From: Gammaproteobacteria bacterium
Lineage (GTDB): Bacteria > Pseudomonadota > Gammaproteobacteria > SZUA-140
Length of the DNA: 64,000 bases
Assembly (NCBI GenBank): GCA_015491865.1
Contig: WFVD01000029.1
Location: forward strand, 11,444 to 75,443
Reading direction: 5' to 3'
Made by a program: the position numbers and the translations under genes. Position 1 is the stretch's first letter. Each line of letters starts with the position of its first letter. The notes under the pieces were generated by a model. That model had not been told where the DNA came from and did no database searches. It worked only from the letters and a program-made list of their open reading frames with translations. Shown here in pieces: positions 1 to 9,124 of the stretch.

Positions 1-389
1 ACCACCAGCGCAATACCTGCGACGATGATCACCATCCACCCTTCAATAATCTGCGGCTCATAAATCCGCCATAACGCCTCGTAAATCAGGTAAAGACCGA
101 CTATCACCAGTGTCACAAGATTAATGAGTGCGGCGATCACTTCTGCCCGTTTGTAACCAAACGTTTTAAAGTGGTCTGCGGGCTGCCTGCCGATCTTGCG
201 CGCAACCAGAGCGATCAACAATGATGCCGCATCACTAAAGTTATGCAGCGCATCGGCAATCAGAGCCAGACTGCCGGAGACAATGCCGCCGATTATCTGC
301 GCCAGTGTCAGCAACATATTGATGGTGATGGCGACAAAGAGCCGCCGATCACCCATCGTCTCTACCTCATGGTGGTGTTCATGTCCCAT
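1..389 (-). CDS. czcD: Cation diffusion facilitator (CDF) family divalent-metal efflux protein, CzcD-like. The N-terminal part lies in the window and the gene continues past coordinate 1.
   Basis: Reverse-strand translation from the ATG at 389 gives MGHEHHHEVETMGDRRLFVAITINMLLTLAQIIGGIVSGSLALIADALHNFSDAASLLIAL...EPQIIEGWMVIIVAGIALVV. This carries the His-rich N-terminus and the TM2 'SLALLADAxH..D' signature of CDF transporters. It lies directly downstream of czcCBA. It is absent from the ORF track because it runs off the window edge. Confidence 0.7.
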   Translation of the reverse strand, partial: MGHEHHHEVETMGDRRLFVAITINMLLTLAQIIGGIVSGSLALIADALHNFSDAASLLIALVARKIGRQPADHFKTFGYKRAEVIAALINLVTLVIVGLYLIYEALWRIYEPQIIEGWMVIIVAGIALV

Positions 390-436
390 TGCTCTACTAC
401 TTACTCCACCTGATTATGGCGCGAGGAAAAAACGGA

Positions 437-1339
437 TTACCAGCGTAGCGCCATCTTCATACCGAAAGTTGTTGTGCCAATGTAGTTGGTTTGTGTCGCC
501 CTGTCGAACCGGGTATCACTAACCCTCTCTGTTTCAAATTGAGGGCCGATCATTGGGCGCAACGTTACCTCGCTCTCTTTACCAAACCAGCCTTCAACTG
601 TCCTGTTCATTGCCCCCATCGGGTCTGTCATCACCATTATAAATGTGTCGGTGCCACTCCTTTCGCTCAGCGGTTTTTTCTCAATACCGGCGCGTACATC
701 CATAAAGTATTTACCGACAAAATAGCCCGCAACCGGCGTTACGATCAGATCCTGTATCGAAGGGTTCTCAAAAAAGGCCTCAGCTCCAAACTCATACAAT
801 GACGACAGGGTTACTGCATACAGAAACGAACCCTTCGGCCCAAAACCGCGCTCCTGAGCACGTACATAGTAGACACCACCCCAGTAGGGATGCAGAATGT
901 AGTTAATCCACAATTGATCTTTATCCCAGACAATCTTACTGACCTTATCTTTATATTGCTGAAAACTGAAGTCTTCCTTGGTCTGATCTGACCAGCCGGA
1001 GATGCTTTCAGGTGCAATCCACAGTGCGCCGATGATGGAAAACTGATAGGCCAGAAAATAGGCCGTATCTTTTTTCAGCCCATCCAGGTCGGGACCTTCT
1101 GAAGCCTCAGCTGGCAACGACGCTTCTGTAAGCGACAAAGTCAGGCCCGATGAATTTCCGCCGCTACTCGCCCCCGCACTGCTCGCCAATAAGTCCAGCT
1201 TGTAGGCTTGTTCAAAATCAAACTGCGATATCGGCGGGGACAGCCTGGGGTTCTCCCCAACCTCTCCCCAGGCAACAACAGGTGCCAATAAAAGCCCAGC
1301 TACGACACCCAGCACATTAGCTGTCAAACACTTACTCAT
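437..1339 (-). CDS. Hypothetical exported protein, possibly an outer-membrane beta-barrel, co-transcribed with czcA. It has a signal peptide, a Ser/Gly/Ala-rich linker and a C-terminal aromatic residue.
   Basis: A 300-aa ORF. Its ATG at 1339 sits 2 nt after the czcA stop codon (1342-1344). The N-terminus MMSKCLTANVLGVVAGLLLAPVVAWGE is signal-peptide-like. It contains the low-complexity stretch ASSAGASSGGNSSGLTLSLTEAS. The C-terminus ...TTFGMKMALRW ends in Trp, an OMP-like signature. I cannot assign a family from sequence alone. Confidence 0.45.
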   Translation of the reverse strand: MSKCLTANVLGVVAGLLLAPVVAWGEVGENPRLSPPISQFDFEQAYKLDLLASSAGASSGGNSSGLTLSLTEASLPAEASEGPDLDGLKKDTAYFLAYQFSIIGALWIAPESISGWSDQTKEDFSFQQYKDKVSKIVWDKDQLWINYILHPYWGGVYYVRAQERGFGPKGSFLYAVTLSSLYEFGAEAFFENPSIQDLIVTPVAGYFVGKYFMDVRAGIEKKPLSERSGTDTFIMVMTDPMGAMNRTVEGWFGKESEVTLRPMIGPQFETERVSDTRFDRATQTNYIGTTTFGMKMALRW

Positions 1340-1341
1340 CA

Positions 1342-4300
1342 CTACTTACCCTCATTTACTGATTTTGAAAAGAAACGGTACAACGCCGGGATGACAAACA
1401 GGGTTAAAAAGGTGGCTGTTAACAGCCCCCCTACAATCACTGTCGCCAGCGGTTTTTGAATTTCGGCACCAACGCCGGTGGATAGCAGCATCGGGATTAA
1501 GCCCAGCGCAGAGGTGATCGCCGTCATCAATACTGGACGCAGGCGCGAACTTGCGCCGTCGAACACCGCATCGGGAACAGAGAGACCACCCGCAACCCGC
1601 TGGTTAATGCTCTCCACCATCACCACCCCATTGAGTACAGCGACACCAAACAGGGTGATAAAGCCGATAGAACTCGGCACCGAAAGATACTGGCCAGAAA
1701 AATAGAGCGCAAACACACCCCCAATAACCGCCAGCGGCACATTGAGCAGAATCAACATCGCCTGCCCCATGGAGTTAAAGGCAAAATAGAGCAGCAGGGC
1801 GATCAGCGCAATGGAGATCGGCACCACTGTGCTGAGCCGTTTTTGTGCCCGCTGCTGGTTTTCAAACTGACCGCCGATATCGACCGAATAGCCGGTCGGC
1901 AGATCCACCTGCTGCTCAATGGCGAGGCGGATATCGGCCACTACGTTGCCCATGTCGCGCCCCTGCACATTGGACTGAATCACCACGCGGCGCTGCACAT
2001 CATCCCGACGCACCTGCGGTGGGCCCGATTCTATATTGATCTGCGCCACATCACCCAGGCGCACCCAGGCACCGGTGGGGGATTGCAGACGCAGATCGGC
2101 AATGGCATCGGGATTGGTGCGGAACGGTTCGGCCAGACGCACGTAGATGTCATAACGTTCGTTGCCATTGATGATCTGCCCGGCCGCCCGGCCGCCGAGT
2201 CCATCACTCACCACGGCCATCACATCGCCCACGGCCAGGCCAAAACGGGAAAGCTGATCCCGATCAGGCCTGACGATCAACTGCGCCTCACCGGCGATCT
2301 GCTCCATGGCCACATCCTGAGCACCGTCCACACTCTGCACCGCCTTCTCAATCTCTTTGCCTTTCTCTTCCAGCACTGCCAGATCCGGCCCAAACAGCTT
2401 AATCGCCAGCTGCGCCCGTACCCCGGAGAGCAGCTCATCAACACGGGTGGCGATGGGTTGCGAAAAGTTCAGCAGCAGCCCTGGGTGCTGCTCCAGTTTT
2501 AACGCCATCAGGTTTTGCAGGGTCTGGCGATCCGGTGCGCTGCTCCACTGATTCACCGGCTTGAGGCCAATGTAGATTTCAATATTATTGACCGGTTCCG
2601 GATCACCCCCAATCTCAGGGCGGCCCACACGGCTCAGCGCGTAATTGACTTCCGGGAACTCCAGTAACATCGCCTCCAGCTTGGGGGCAACCTCCAGTGC
2701 AGTCTCCAGGCTGGACGAAGGAGCGAGCGTAACACGCAGGTTAATCGTCCCCTCCTCCAGCTCCGGCACAAACTCCGTGCCAATTTGCGGCACCAGCGCC
2801 AACGCAGAAATCAGCAGTAACACCGCACCCGAGACGACAAATTTACCGTGCTGCAGCGCCCAGCCCAGCGCATGACGATAGAGTTTATCTAACGGCCTGA
2901 GCACAAAACTTTCGCGCTGCCGTATGCCGTGACGAAAGAGATAGGTGGCCAGCGCCGGCACAATAATCAGCGCCACAAACAGCGCTGCGATAATCGCCAG
3001 CATGATACTGATCGCCATCGGCTGAAAGAGCTTCGCCTCAACCCCTTCAAAACTAAACAGTGGCATAAAGACCACCAGAATGATGGCGGTCGCGAAAAAG
3101 ACCGGTCGCGCCACCTCTCTGCCCGCCTGTTGCAGGCGCAGTGCAATACCTTCGCCACGGTCGCGGCGTACATCATGTGGATCACGGTCATCGCTGCCAA
3201 CCCGCGCCTGCACCTCTTTATCATGCTCGGCATCGGGATGGGAGAGATGTTTAAACATATTGTCCACCATCACCACCGAGCCATCCACCAGCATGCCAAT
3301 CGCCACGGCAATACCGCCCAGCGACATCAAGTTGGCAGAGAGCCCCAGCCACGCCATCACCATCAGGGCGATACCGATGGAGATAGGGATGGAGATCAGC
3401 ACCAACAACGTGGCACTCAGGTTCATCAAAAAAAGCGCCAACACCACCACAATAAAGACAAAGGCGAGCAGCAGCGCGTTGACCACGGTGGTAACCGCCT
3501 GTGAGATGAGGTCGGACTGGTCATAAAAGACCTCAAACCGCACCCCGTCAGGCAGCGCCTGCTGAATCAGCTTCGCCTGCTGGTTGATACCGTCGATAGT
3601 GCTTTTGGTATTGGCCCCCATCCGTTTTAACACAATGCCGGCCACCACCTCACCCAACGGTTCGGCCTGACCCTGCGCGTTGCGCCGCGTCATGCTCACC
3701 GCACCCTGGCGTATCTCACTGCCGAGGGAGACTTCCGCTACCTGCGACACGGTGACCACGGTGCCATCAACCGTTTTTAACGGAATCTGGCGCAGCTCCG
3801 CCAACCCCTTCTGGTCGTGGCTCAACCAGCCGACACCACGTATCACCAGCTGCTCCTGGCCACGATCCATATACCAGCCACCCGCATTGGAGTTGTTGTT
3901 CTCCAGCGCATCGATCACATCCTGCTGCCTCAGGCCATACGCCAGCAGGCGCGATGGATTCAAATTGACCTGGTATTGACGAACATGGCCACCAAAAGAG
4001 AGTACATCAGTCACTCCATCCACCGGCATCAGCAGTAGCTTGACCACCCAGTCGTTAAGACTTCGCAGGGTCATCGCATCCAGAGTGGAGTCGGCATCGG
4101 TCACCAGCATGTACTGATAGACCTGCCCCAGACCCGAGGTGTTGGGACCAATCTCTGGCGTGCCCACCCCTTCAGGAATCAGCTCTTTTGCAGATTGCAG
4201 ACGCTCAAACACCAGCTGGCGAGCAAAGTAGATATCTGTCCCCTCTTTAAATACCACGGTGATACCCGAGAGACCGGTCTTGGAGATAGAGCGCACCTGC

Positions 4301-4539
4301 TCCACATCAGGCAGCGCGTACATCACCGCCTCAATAGGAAAGGTGATCAGTTTTTCAACCTCTTCAGAGGCGAGTCCCGGCGCTTCGGTATTAATAGAGA
4401 CCTGCACATTGGTCACATCGGGAAAGGCATCGAGATTGAGTTTAGGAATGATAACGGAGGCCGACGCCGCCAGCGCCAGCAGGCCGATGACCACCAGTAA
4501 ACGGTTGGTGACAGACCAGTCGATTAATTTATTTAACAC
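1342..4539 (-). CDS. czcA: Heavy-metal efflux RND transporter, inner-membrane pump (CzcA/CusA family, HME-RND).
   Basis: A 1065-aa ORF with the 12-TM RND architecture and two large periplasmic loops. It is full-length similar to the CzcA/CusA family (N-terminus MLNKLIDWSVTNRLLVVIGLLALAA...). It is flanked by a membrane-fusion gene and an outer-membrane-factor gene. Confidence 0.9.
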   Translation of the reverse strand: MLNKLIDWSVTNRLLVVIGLLALAASASVIIPKLNLDAFPDVTNVQVSINTEAPGLASEEVEKLITFPIEAVMYALPDVEQVRSISKTGLSGITVVFKEGTDIYFARQLVFERLQSAKELIPEGVGTPEIGPNTSGLGQVYQYMLVTDADSTLDAMTLRSLNDWVVKLLLMPVDGVTDVLSFGGHVRQYQVNLNPSRLLAYGLRQQDVIDALENNNSNAGGWYMDRGQEQLVIRGVGWLSHDQKGLAELRQIPLKTVDGTVVTVSQVAEVSLGSEIRQGAVSMTRRNAQGQAEPLGEVVAGIVLKRMGANTKSTIDGINQQAKLIQQALPDGVRFEVFYDQSDLISQAVTTVVNALLLAFVFIVVVLALFLMNLSATLLVLISIPISIGIALMVMAWLGLSANLMSLGGIAVAIGMLVDGSVVMVDNMFKHLSHPDAEHDKEVQARVGSDDRDPHDVRRDRGEGIALRLQQAGREVARPVFFATAIILVVFMPLFSFEGVEAKLFQPMAISIMLAIIAALFVALIIVPALATYLFRHGIRQRESFVLRPLDKLYRHALGWALQHGKFVVSGAVLLLISALALVPQIGTEFVPELEEGTINLRVTLAPSSSLETALEVAPKLEAMLLEFPEVNYALSRVGRPEIGGDPEPVNNIEIYIGLKPVNQWSSAPDRQTLQNLMALKLEQHPGLLLNFSQPIATRVDELLSGVRAQLAIKLFGPDLAVLEEKGKEIEKAVQSVDGAQDVAMEQIAGEAQLIVRPDRDQLSRFGLAVGDVMAVVSDGLGGRAAGQIINGNERYDIYVRLAEPFRTNPDAIADLRLQSPTGAWVRLGDVAQINIESGPPQVRRDDVQRRVVIQSNVQGRDMGNVVADIRLAIEQQVDLPTGYSVDIGGQFENQQRAQKRLSTVVPISIALIALLLYFAFNSMGQAMLILLNVPLAVIGGVFALYFSGQYLSVPSSIGFITLFGVAVLNGVVMVESINQRVAGGLSVPDAVFDGASSRLRPVLMTAITSALGLIPMLLSTGVGAEIQKPLATVIVGGLLTATFLTLFVIPALYRFFSKSVNEGK

Positions 4540-4554
4540 AGTCTTTCTCCCGGT

Positions 4555-5841
4555 TTAATGGTTATGCGGATCAAACCCGCCTTTCGCCATTTCAGACTGC
4601 ACAAAAAAAGCGCCCTTACCGACAATGGTCGTGCCTTCGGCAACGCCTTCGATCAGCATACGGTCACCCACGGTCTCCAGCACTTTAATCTCTTTCGGTT
4701 CAAAGCGGTCAGGCGCGCTCTGCACAAACAGCTGCCAGTCACCGTCGGGGCTGCGCAACACGGCCTCAACAGGCACAACAATACCGTCACGTTTATGGCT
4801 TCCTTCGATCACGGCGGTCACAAACTGGCCGGGGTGGAGTGCGTCATCGCGATTTGCCACTTCAATGTGGACAGCCAGGGTGCGCGTCGTCTCATCGAGG
4901 GTGTGACGCGCCTGCGTCACTTTTCCGCTCAGCCACTGATTGCCGACCTGAATACGCGCAGGTGACCCCAGTTCGATACGGGCAGCATCTTCCGGCGTCA
5001 GGCGCGCTTCGACCCACAGCAGAGACTCATCGCTAATCGTCATCAACACATAACCTGGTTCAATCAGTTCACCAACAACAAAGCCGTCACTGATGATGGT
5101 GCCATCCTGGAATGAGAGCAGATGAAATTCACCCGTAGCACGAGTCGCATCACCTGTCTCGATCAGGGAGTTGATCTGTTTTCTGGTCATGCCGTAGGCG
5201 CTAACTCTGGCATAGGCCTGTTGATAAGCGATCTGCGCGGCAACAAAACGTTTTTCGGAAACCACTTTACGACCCAGTTTTTTAACCCGTCGCAGTTCGA
5301 CATTGGCCTCCATCAGGGCACCTTGCGCCTCCGCCATCTCGACACTGGAGAGCGTCACCAGGCGCTCACCTTTTTTAACATGGTCACCAAGGCGCGCATG
5401 ACGCGCCATCACCTGCGCCGGGGTTCGCGGGGTCACGATGGTGGTGCGATAGGCGTTGAGCATCGCCTCGCCGGGTGCCTTAATTGCATCGCCCAGTGAC
5501 TGGCGCCTGACAACCATTGTCTCTATCCCTGCAATGCGACGCTGCTCAGTGCTCAATTCAGCATCACTGGCCGCTTCACCATGGCCATGGCCGTCGTCTT
5601 CCCCACCGTGACCACCATGATCACCATGCCCCTGCTCTTCATGCCCATCATCTTCGTGGTCATGCCCCTCTTTTTCATGTTGATGGCCTTCATCATCATG
5701 GTCATGTTTTTCTGTCGCTATCTCGATGCCTGAGAAATCATCCATACCATCCTCTTCACCATGGTGATGCCCTTTTTCAGCTAACAGAAGAGTGGGGGTA
5801 GAAAGGCTCAATAACATTAATAAAACAAGTCTGTTTTTCAT
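4555..5841 (-). CDS. czcB: RND efflux periplasmic adaptor (membrane fusion protein, CzcB/CusB-like) with a His/Asp/Glu-rich N-terminal extension.
   Basis: A 428-aa ORF with a signal/anchor sequence followed by a ~70-aa H/D/E-rich stretch (HHHGEEDGMDD...HDHDDEGHQHEKEGHDHEDDGHEEQGHGDHGGHGGEDDGHGHGE). The biotinyl/lipoyl-like and beta-barrel MFP core follows. A 15-nt gap separates it from czcA. Confidence 0.85.
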   Translation of the reverse strand: MKNRLVLLMLLSLSTPTLLLAEKGHHHGEEDGMDDFSGIEIATEKHDHDDEGHQHEKEGHDHEDDGHEEQGHGDHGGHGGEDDGHGHGEAASDAELSTEQRRIAGIETMVVRRQSLGDAIKAPGEAMLNAYRTTIVTPRTPAQVMARHARLGDHVKKGERLVTLSSVEMAEAQGALMEANVELRRVKKLGRKVVSEKRFVAAQIAYQQAYARVSAYGMTRKQINSLIETGDATRATGEFHLLSFQDGTIISDGFVVGELIEPGYVLMTISDESLLWVEARLTPEDAARIELGSPARIQVGNQWLSGKVTQARHTLDETTRTLAVHIEVANRDDALHPGQFVTAVIEGSHKRDGIVVPVEAVLRSPDGDWQLFVQSAPDRFEPKEIKVLETVGDRMLIEGVAEGTTIVGKGAFFVQSEMAKGGFDPHNH

Positions 5842-5845
5842 TTTT

Positions 5846-7180
5846 TTACTCTCCAGAATTCTTTGGCTGTGCGATGCTGGTCGGTGCTAGACCTAGCCAG
5901 TCGTCAACCTGACCAGAAGCATCCAGCCAGCCGATTGCCGCCTGCCAGACCTCACCTTTCAGGGTTGTGGCTGCCGTCTGGGTATCGATGTTCTGTTTGG
6001 CCTGAATCAAAAAGTCGGTTGCGGTCAATTCACCCGCCTGCCACATCTGCTCCAGCAGTTTCATCTGTTCTCGATGCGCCTGTTGACCCGTGGCCACCCA
6101 GGCTCGCCACGCACTGGCGGTACTGTTAAAGCGCCCCAGGCTTCCTTCAAGTCGGGCGCTGGCGCGGCGGTATGCATCGCGGTAAATCAGCTCCTCAGCA
6201 GTGGCCTCGTGAGAGGCGACCAACACTTCAGCCTTAAAGTTATTGCGTACAAATAGTGGGATTTCAAAGCTCAGTCCGAGCAGCGAGTCAGAGCCGTCAC
6301 GACCGGCACGAAGCCCGATAGTGGGATCTGCGCGACTTTCACGTTTAATGAGGTCGATCCGTGCTTTCGCCGCCTCCATACGGCTGCGTAACACCGTAAG
6401 CGCAGGCAAGGAGTGGAGCAGTGTGGTATCCACCCGCGCCGGTGGAGATGCCAGCTCACCTGGTAGCTGCGGCCACTGCGCCAGCTCTGAACCGGCAACA
6501 AACCCGGTAACAGCCTGTAGTGCCGCTTCGGCCTGAGCCAGCTCACTCTCACTCGCCGCCTGCTGCATCAGGGCCTCACTATAGGTAACCTGGGCCAGGG
6601 TTCCTTCCAGCGCACCCATATCCCCCGCCGCCTGGCGCTGCTTCACTGCATCGATAAACCCTTTCATTAACTGGCTACGACGCTGTGCCAGCGCCAGCAT
6701 CTCCTGCGCAGTGGCGTACTGTGTCAATGCGTTCAGGGTTTCGACTGCAATACGCTGCCGGGTCTCTTGCAATTCGGCACTGACGGCCAGCACCTCCTGG
6801 TCAGCAATACGGCTCTGAGCCTCACGCTTGTCATTCCAGTCCAGCGTTTGATTAAAACCGATTGAGGTTGTGTTGACACCCGTTCGCTCAGCATCGATGA
6901 CCAGATCAGGGTTGTAGATGGGCCGCCCCGCACCATCAGCTCGCGCCATAGCGGCTTCAACAACAGCATCTGCCCCCTGCATCGCCGGGCTCTCTGCCCA
7001 GACCTGCTGAATAAAAGCTCGCAACGCTGGATCAACCTTGAGCTGACCATTAGCGCTAATCGATAGCGACGTTTGATTCAATTCGGGGGCGACTGCTTTA
7101 TAGTCAGCCGCAGCTGCAATCCATCCAGGAAACAACAGGCAGGCGAACAGGCCCGTCAATAGATATCTTTTAGAAAACAT
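5846..7180 (-). CDS. czcC: Outer-membrane efflux protein (TolC/CzcC family outer membrane factor).
   Basis: A 444-aa ORF with a signal peptide, an OEP-type duplicated helical/beta architecture, and coiled-coil-rich Ala/Gln/Leu repeats. It lies 4 nt upstream of czcB on the same strand. Confidence 0.8.
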   Translation of the reverse strand: MFSKRYLLTGLFACLLFPGWIAAAADYKAVAPELNQTSLSISANGQLKVDPALRAFIQQVWAESPAMQGADAVVEAAMARADGAGRPIYNPDLVIDAERTGVNTTSIGFNQTLDWNDKREAQSRIADQEVLAVSAELQETRQRIAVETLNALTQYATAQEMLALAQRRSQLMKGFIDAVKQRQAAGDMGALEGTLAQVTYSEALMQQAASESELAQAEAALQAVTGFVAGSELAQWPQLPGELASPPARVDTTLLHSLPALTVLRSRMEAAKARIDLIKRESRADPTIGLRAGRDGSDSLLGLSFEIPLFVRNNFKAEVLVASHEATAEELIYRDAYRRASARLEGSLGRFNSTASAWRAWVATGQQAHREQMKLLEQMWQAGELTATDFLIQAKQNIDTQTAATTLKGEVWQAAIGWLDASGQVDDWLGLAPTSIAQPKNSGE

Positions 7181-7262
7181 TAGCTCAATCCTTCAAATAC
7201 TGAAGAGGGAAATAGCGCGCATAAAACTGCGCAGCATGCAGAAAAAACAGCAGTAGAAAAAT

Positions 7263-7583
7263 TTAAATGATGGGGGGTCTTAGGAGTGGAGCAATATAGC
7301 GCAGCGCTAACACAGGGGATAGCGCCACAAAGCCTTCATGACCGCTGGCCATGAATGGTGAGGATTGATTGAAGATAAGCCCTATCAGATGAGCGGCACT
7401 ATGACAGCAGTGGTCATCCTGATGCACTACACCGTTATCGGGCTGCTCACTGCTGACCTCAATTAACAGATCAATCGCAGCCGAATTATGCCCTGCTATC
7501 GCCTCTGGATGGTTATCCAGGGCAAAGGCTAGTCCTGAACTCAGGTTGGCTAACAGCAGCAGACAGATCAGTAGTTTCTTCAT
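7263..7583 (-). CDS. Small secreted His/Cys-containing protein, CzcI-like putative periplasmic metal-binding/regulatory protein.
   Basis: A 106-aa ORF. The N-terminus MKKLLICLLLLANLSSGLAFA is a signal peptide. The mature part contains HPEAIAGH and DDHCCHSAAH motifs. It occupies the czcI position immediately upstream of czcC on the same strand, as in czcNICBAD-type operons. The assignment rests on position and motifs only. Confidence 0.4.
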   Translation of the reverse strand: MKKLLICLLLLANLSSGLAFALDNHPEAIAGHNSAAIDLLIEVSSEQPDNGVVHQDDHCCHSAAHLIGLIFNQSSPFMASGHEGFVALSPVLALRYIAPLLRPPII

Positions 7584-7687
7584 GGTGGGCGCTAATTTAG
7601 GTGAATCGTTGTCATCCTGTCAACAGAAAAATAGCAACATCAGATGCTATGCAGGCTTTATCGGCAGACCGCCTGTTCACATTAAAC

Positions 7688-7710
7688 TACTGTGTAGCAC
7701 TGCACAGTAG
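7688..7710. promoter_or_regulatory. Near-perfect 23-bp palindrome (CTACTGTGTAgcacTGCACAGTAG) in the czcI / polyamine-operon divergent intergenic region. Candidate operator.
   Basis: CTACTGTG (7688-7695) and its reverse complement CACAGTAG (7703-7710) flank a 7-nt centre. The site is ~105 bp upstream of czcI and ~185 bp upstream of the carboxyspermidine dehydrogenase gene. Confidence 0.3.
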
Positions 7711-7745
7711 CGCCTCCCACACTGATTTCGGATGAATGCATGTGA

Positions 7746-7846
7746 GCGATAAAATCGCAACCGCACACCCGATTTGTCACTCATTAAACAGCCCCGATTC
7801 ACAATAAAAACAGATGACATGATGTCGTGCTAGCGACTAAAATCGC
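7746..7846. promoter_or_regulatory. Two copies of a short dyad, GCGAT-AAA-ATCGC at 7746-7758 and GCGAcTAAAATCGC at 7833-7846, about 87 bp apart upstream of the polyamine operon.
   Basis: Read directly from the sequence. Both copies are inverted repeats built on GCGA...TCGC. Confidence 0.25.
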
Positions 7847-7894
7847 CCCTAAGCCGCTCTCAGGCTGTTTTCATATTATTTGCAGGGTTTCAAA

Positions 7895-9103
7895 ATGAGC
7901 AGAGTCTTAATCATTGGCGCTGGTGGTGTTGGGCGCGTCGTCACTCACAAATGCGCGCAGCTGCCCACTGTTTTCAGTGATATCTGGCTCGCCAGCCGTA
8001 CCGTCTCGAAATGTGAACAGATTGCGAACGAGATCGGTGGTGGGCGTATCAAAACCACACAGGTCGATGCCGACAATGTGGCTGAACTGGTCGCATTGAT
8101 TCGCAGGGTCGAACCCAGGATGATCATCAATGTGGCCCTTCCCTACCAGGACCTCACCATTATGGATGCCTGTCTGGCGTGTGGCATTGACTACCTCGAC
8201 ACCGCTAATTATGAACCAGAAGATGAGGCTAAATTCGAATACCGATGGCAGTGGGACTATCAGGAGCGCTTCAGGAAGGCGGGCATCACCGCCCTGCTCG
8301 GCTCCGGTTTTGATCCCGGCGTGACCAATGTCTTCACTGCCTATGCACTCAAACATCACTTTGACCAGATCGATACAATTGATATCCTGGACTGCAATGC
8401 GGGAGACCATGGCTACCCGTTTGCCACCAATTTCAACCCTGAGATCAACATCCGAGAGGTGACCGCCAACGGCCGTTACTATGAGAATGGGCAATGGCTA
8501 GAGACCCAGCCAATGAGCGTTTCACGCCTGTTTAATTTTCCGGAGATCGGCCCACGCAAGATGTTTCTACTCTACCATGAGGAGATGGAGTCGCTCGCCA
8601 GGCACATCCCCGGGGTAAAACGGATGCGTTTCTGGATGACCTTTGGTGACAGCTATCTGAAACACCTTGAGGTGTTCCAGAATATCGGCCTCGATAGCAT
8701 CGAACCGGTCGAGTTCCAGGGACAACAGATTGTACCATTACAGTTTCTTAAGGCGCTGCTACCCGATCCTGCAACACTTGGCCCACGCACTAAAGGGAAA
8801 ACCAACATCGGCTGTATCATCAAAGGGTCAAAAGGGGGGGAATCGCTATCTCGCTACCTTTATAACGTCAGTGATCATGAAAGCTGCTACAGAGAGACCC
8901 ATGCACAGGGGGTTTCATACACCACGGGGGTCCCCGCAATGATCGGTGCCAAGATGATGCTGGAAGGAAAGTGGAAAAAGCCAGGCGTCTGGAATATGGA
9001 GCAGTTTGATCCCGACCCATTTATGGATGACCTGAATAGATATGGCCTGCCGTGGCACGATATAACGTGCGATATCGATATCGATACGCTTCCACACGAA
9101 TAA
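7895..9103 (+). CDS. Carboxynorspermidine/carboxyspermidine dehydrogenase (saccharopine-dehydrogenase family).
   Basis: MSRVLIIGAGGVGRVVTHKCAQ... has a Rossmann GxGxxG motif and full-length collinearity with Vibrio CANSDH (...GFDPGVTNVF..IDTIDILDCNAGDHG..FATNFNPEIN...MEQFDPDPF). The ORF track begins at a TTG at 7880. The ATG at 7895 (MSRVL) is more plausible. Confidence 0.85.
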   Translation: MSRVLIIGAGGVGRVVTHKCAQLPTVFSDIWLASRTVSKCEQIANEIGGGRIKTTQVDADNVAELVALIRRVEPRMIINVALPYQDLTIMDACLACGIDYLDTANYEPEDEAKFEYRWQWDYQERFRKAGITALLGSGFDPGVTNVFTAYALKHHFDQIDTIDILDCNAGDHGYPFATNFNPEINIREVTANGRYYENGQWLETQPMSVSRLFNFPEIGPRKMFLLYHEEMESLARHIPGVKRMRFWMTFGDSYLKHLEVFQNIGLDSIEPVEFQGQQIVPLQFLKALLPDPATLGPRTKGKTNIGCIIKGSKGGESLSRYLYNVSDHESCYRETHAQGVSYTTGVPAMIGAKMMLEGKWKKPGVWNMEQFDPDPFMDDLNRYGLPWHDITCDIDIDTLPHE

Positions 9104-9124
9104 ATCAGAGACCTCACTTAAGCG

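Noticed and set aside
1843-2502. 219-aa plus-strand ORF (and several others at 2929-3526) inside czcA
   Set aside because: They are antisense to a strongly supported RND pump gene. The proteins are low-complexity and His/Arg-rich with no homologous features; they are typical spurious ORFs in GC-rich antisense frames.
7907-8494. 195-aa minus-strand ORF antisense to the carboxyspermidine dehydrogenase gene
   Set aside because: It overlaps a well-supported gene completely, has no start context, and has no recognisable domains.
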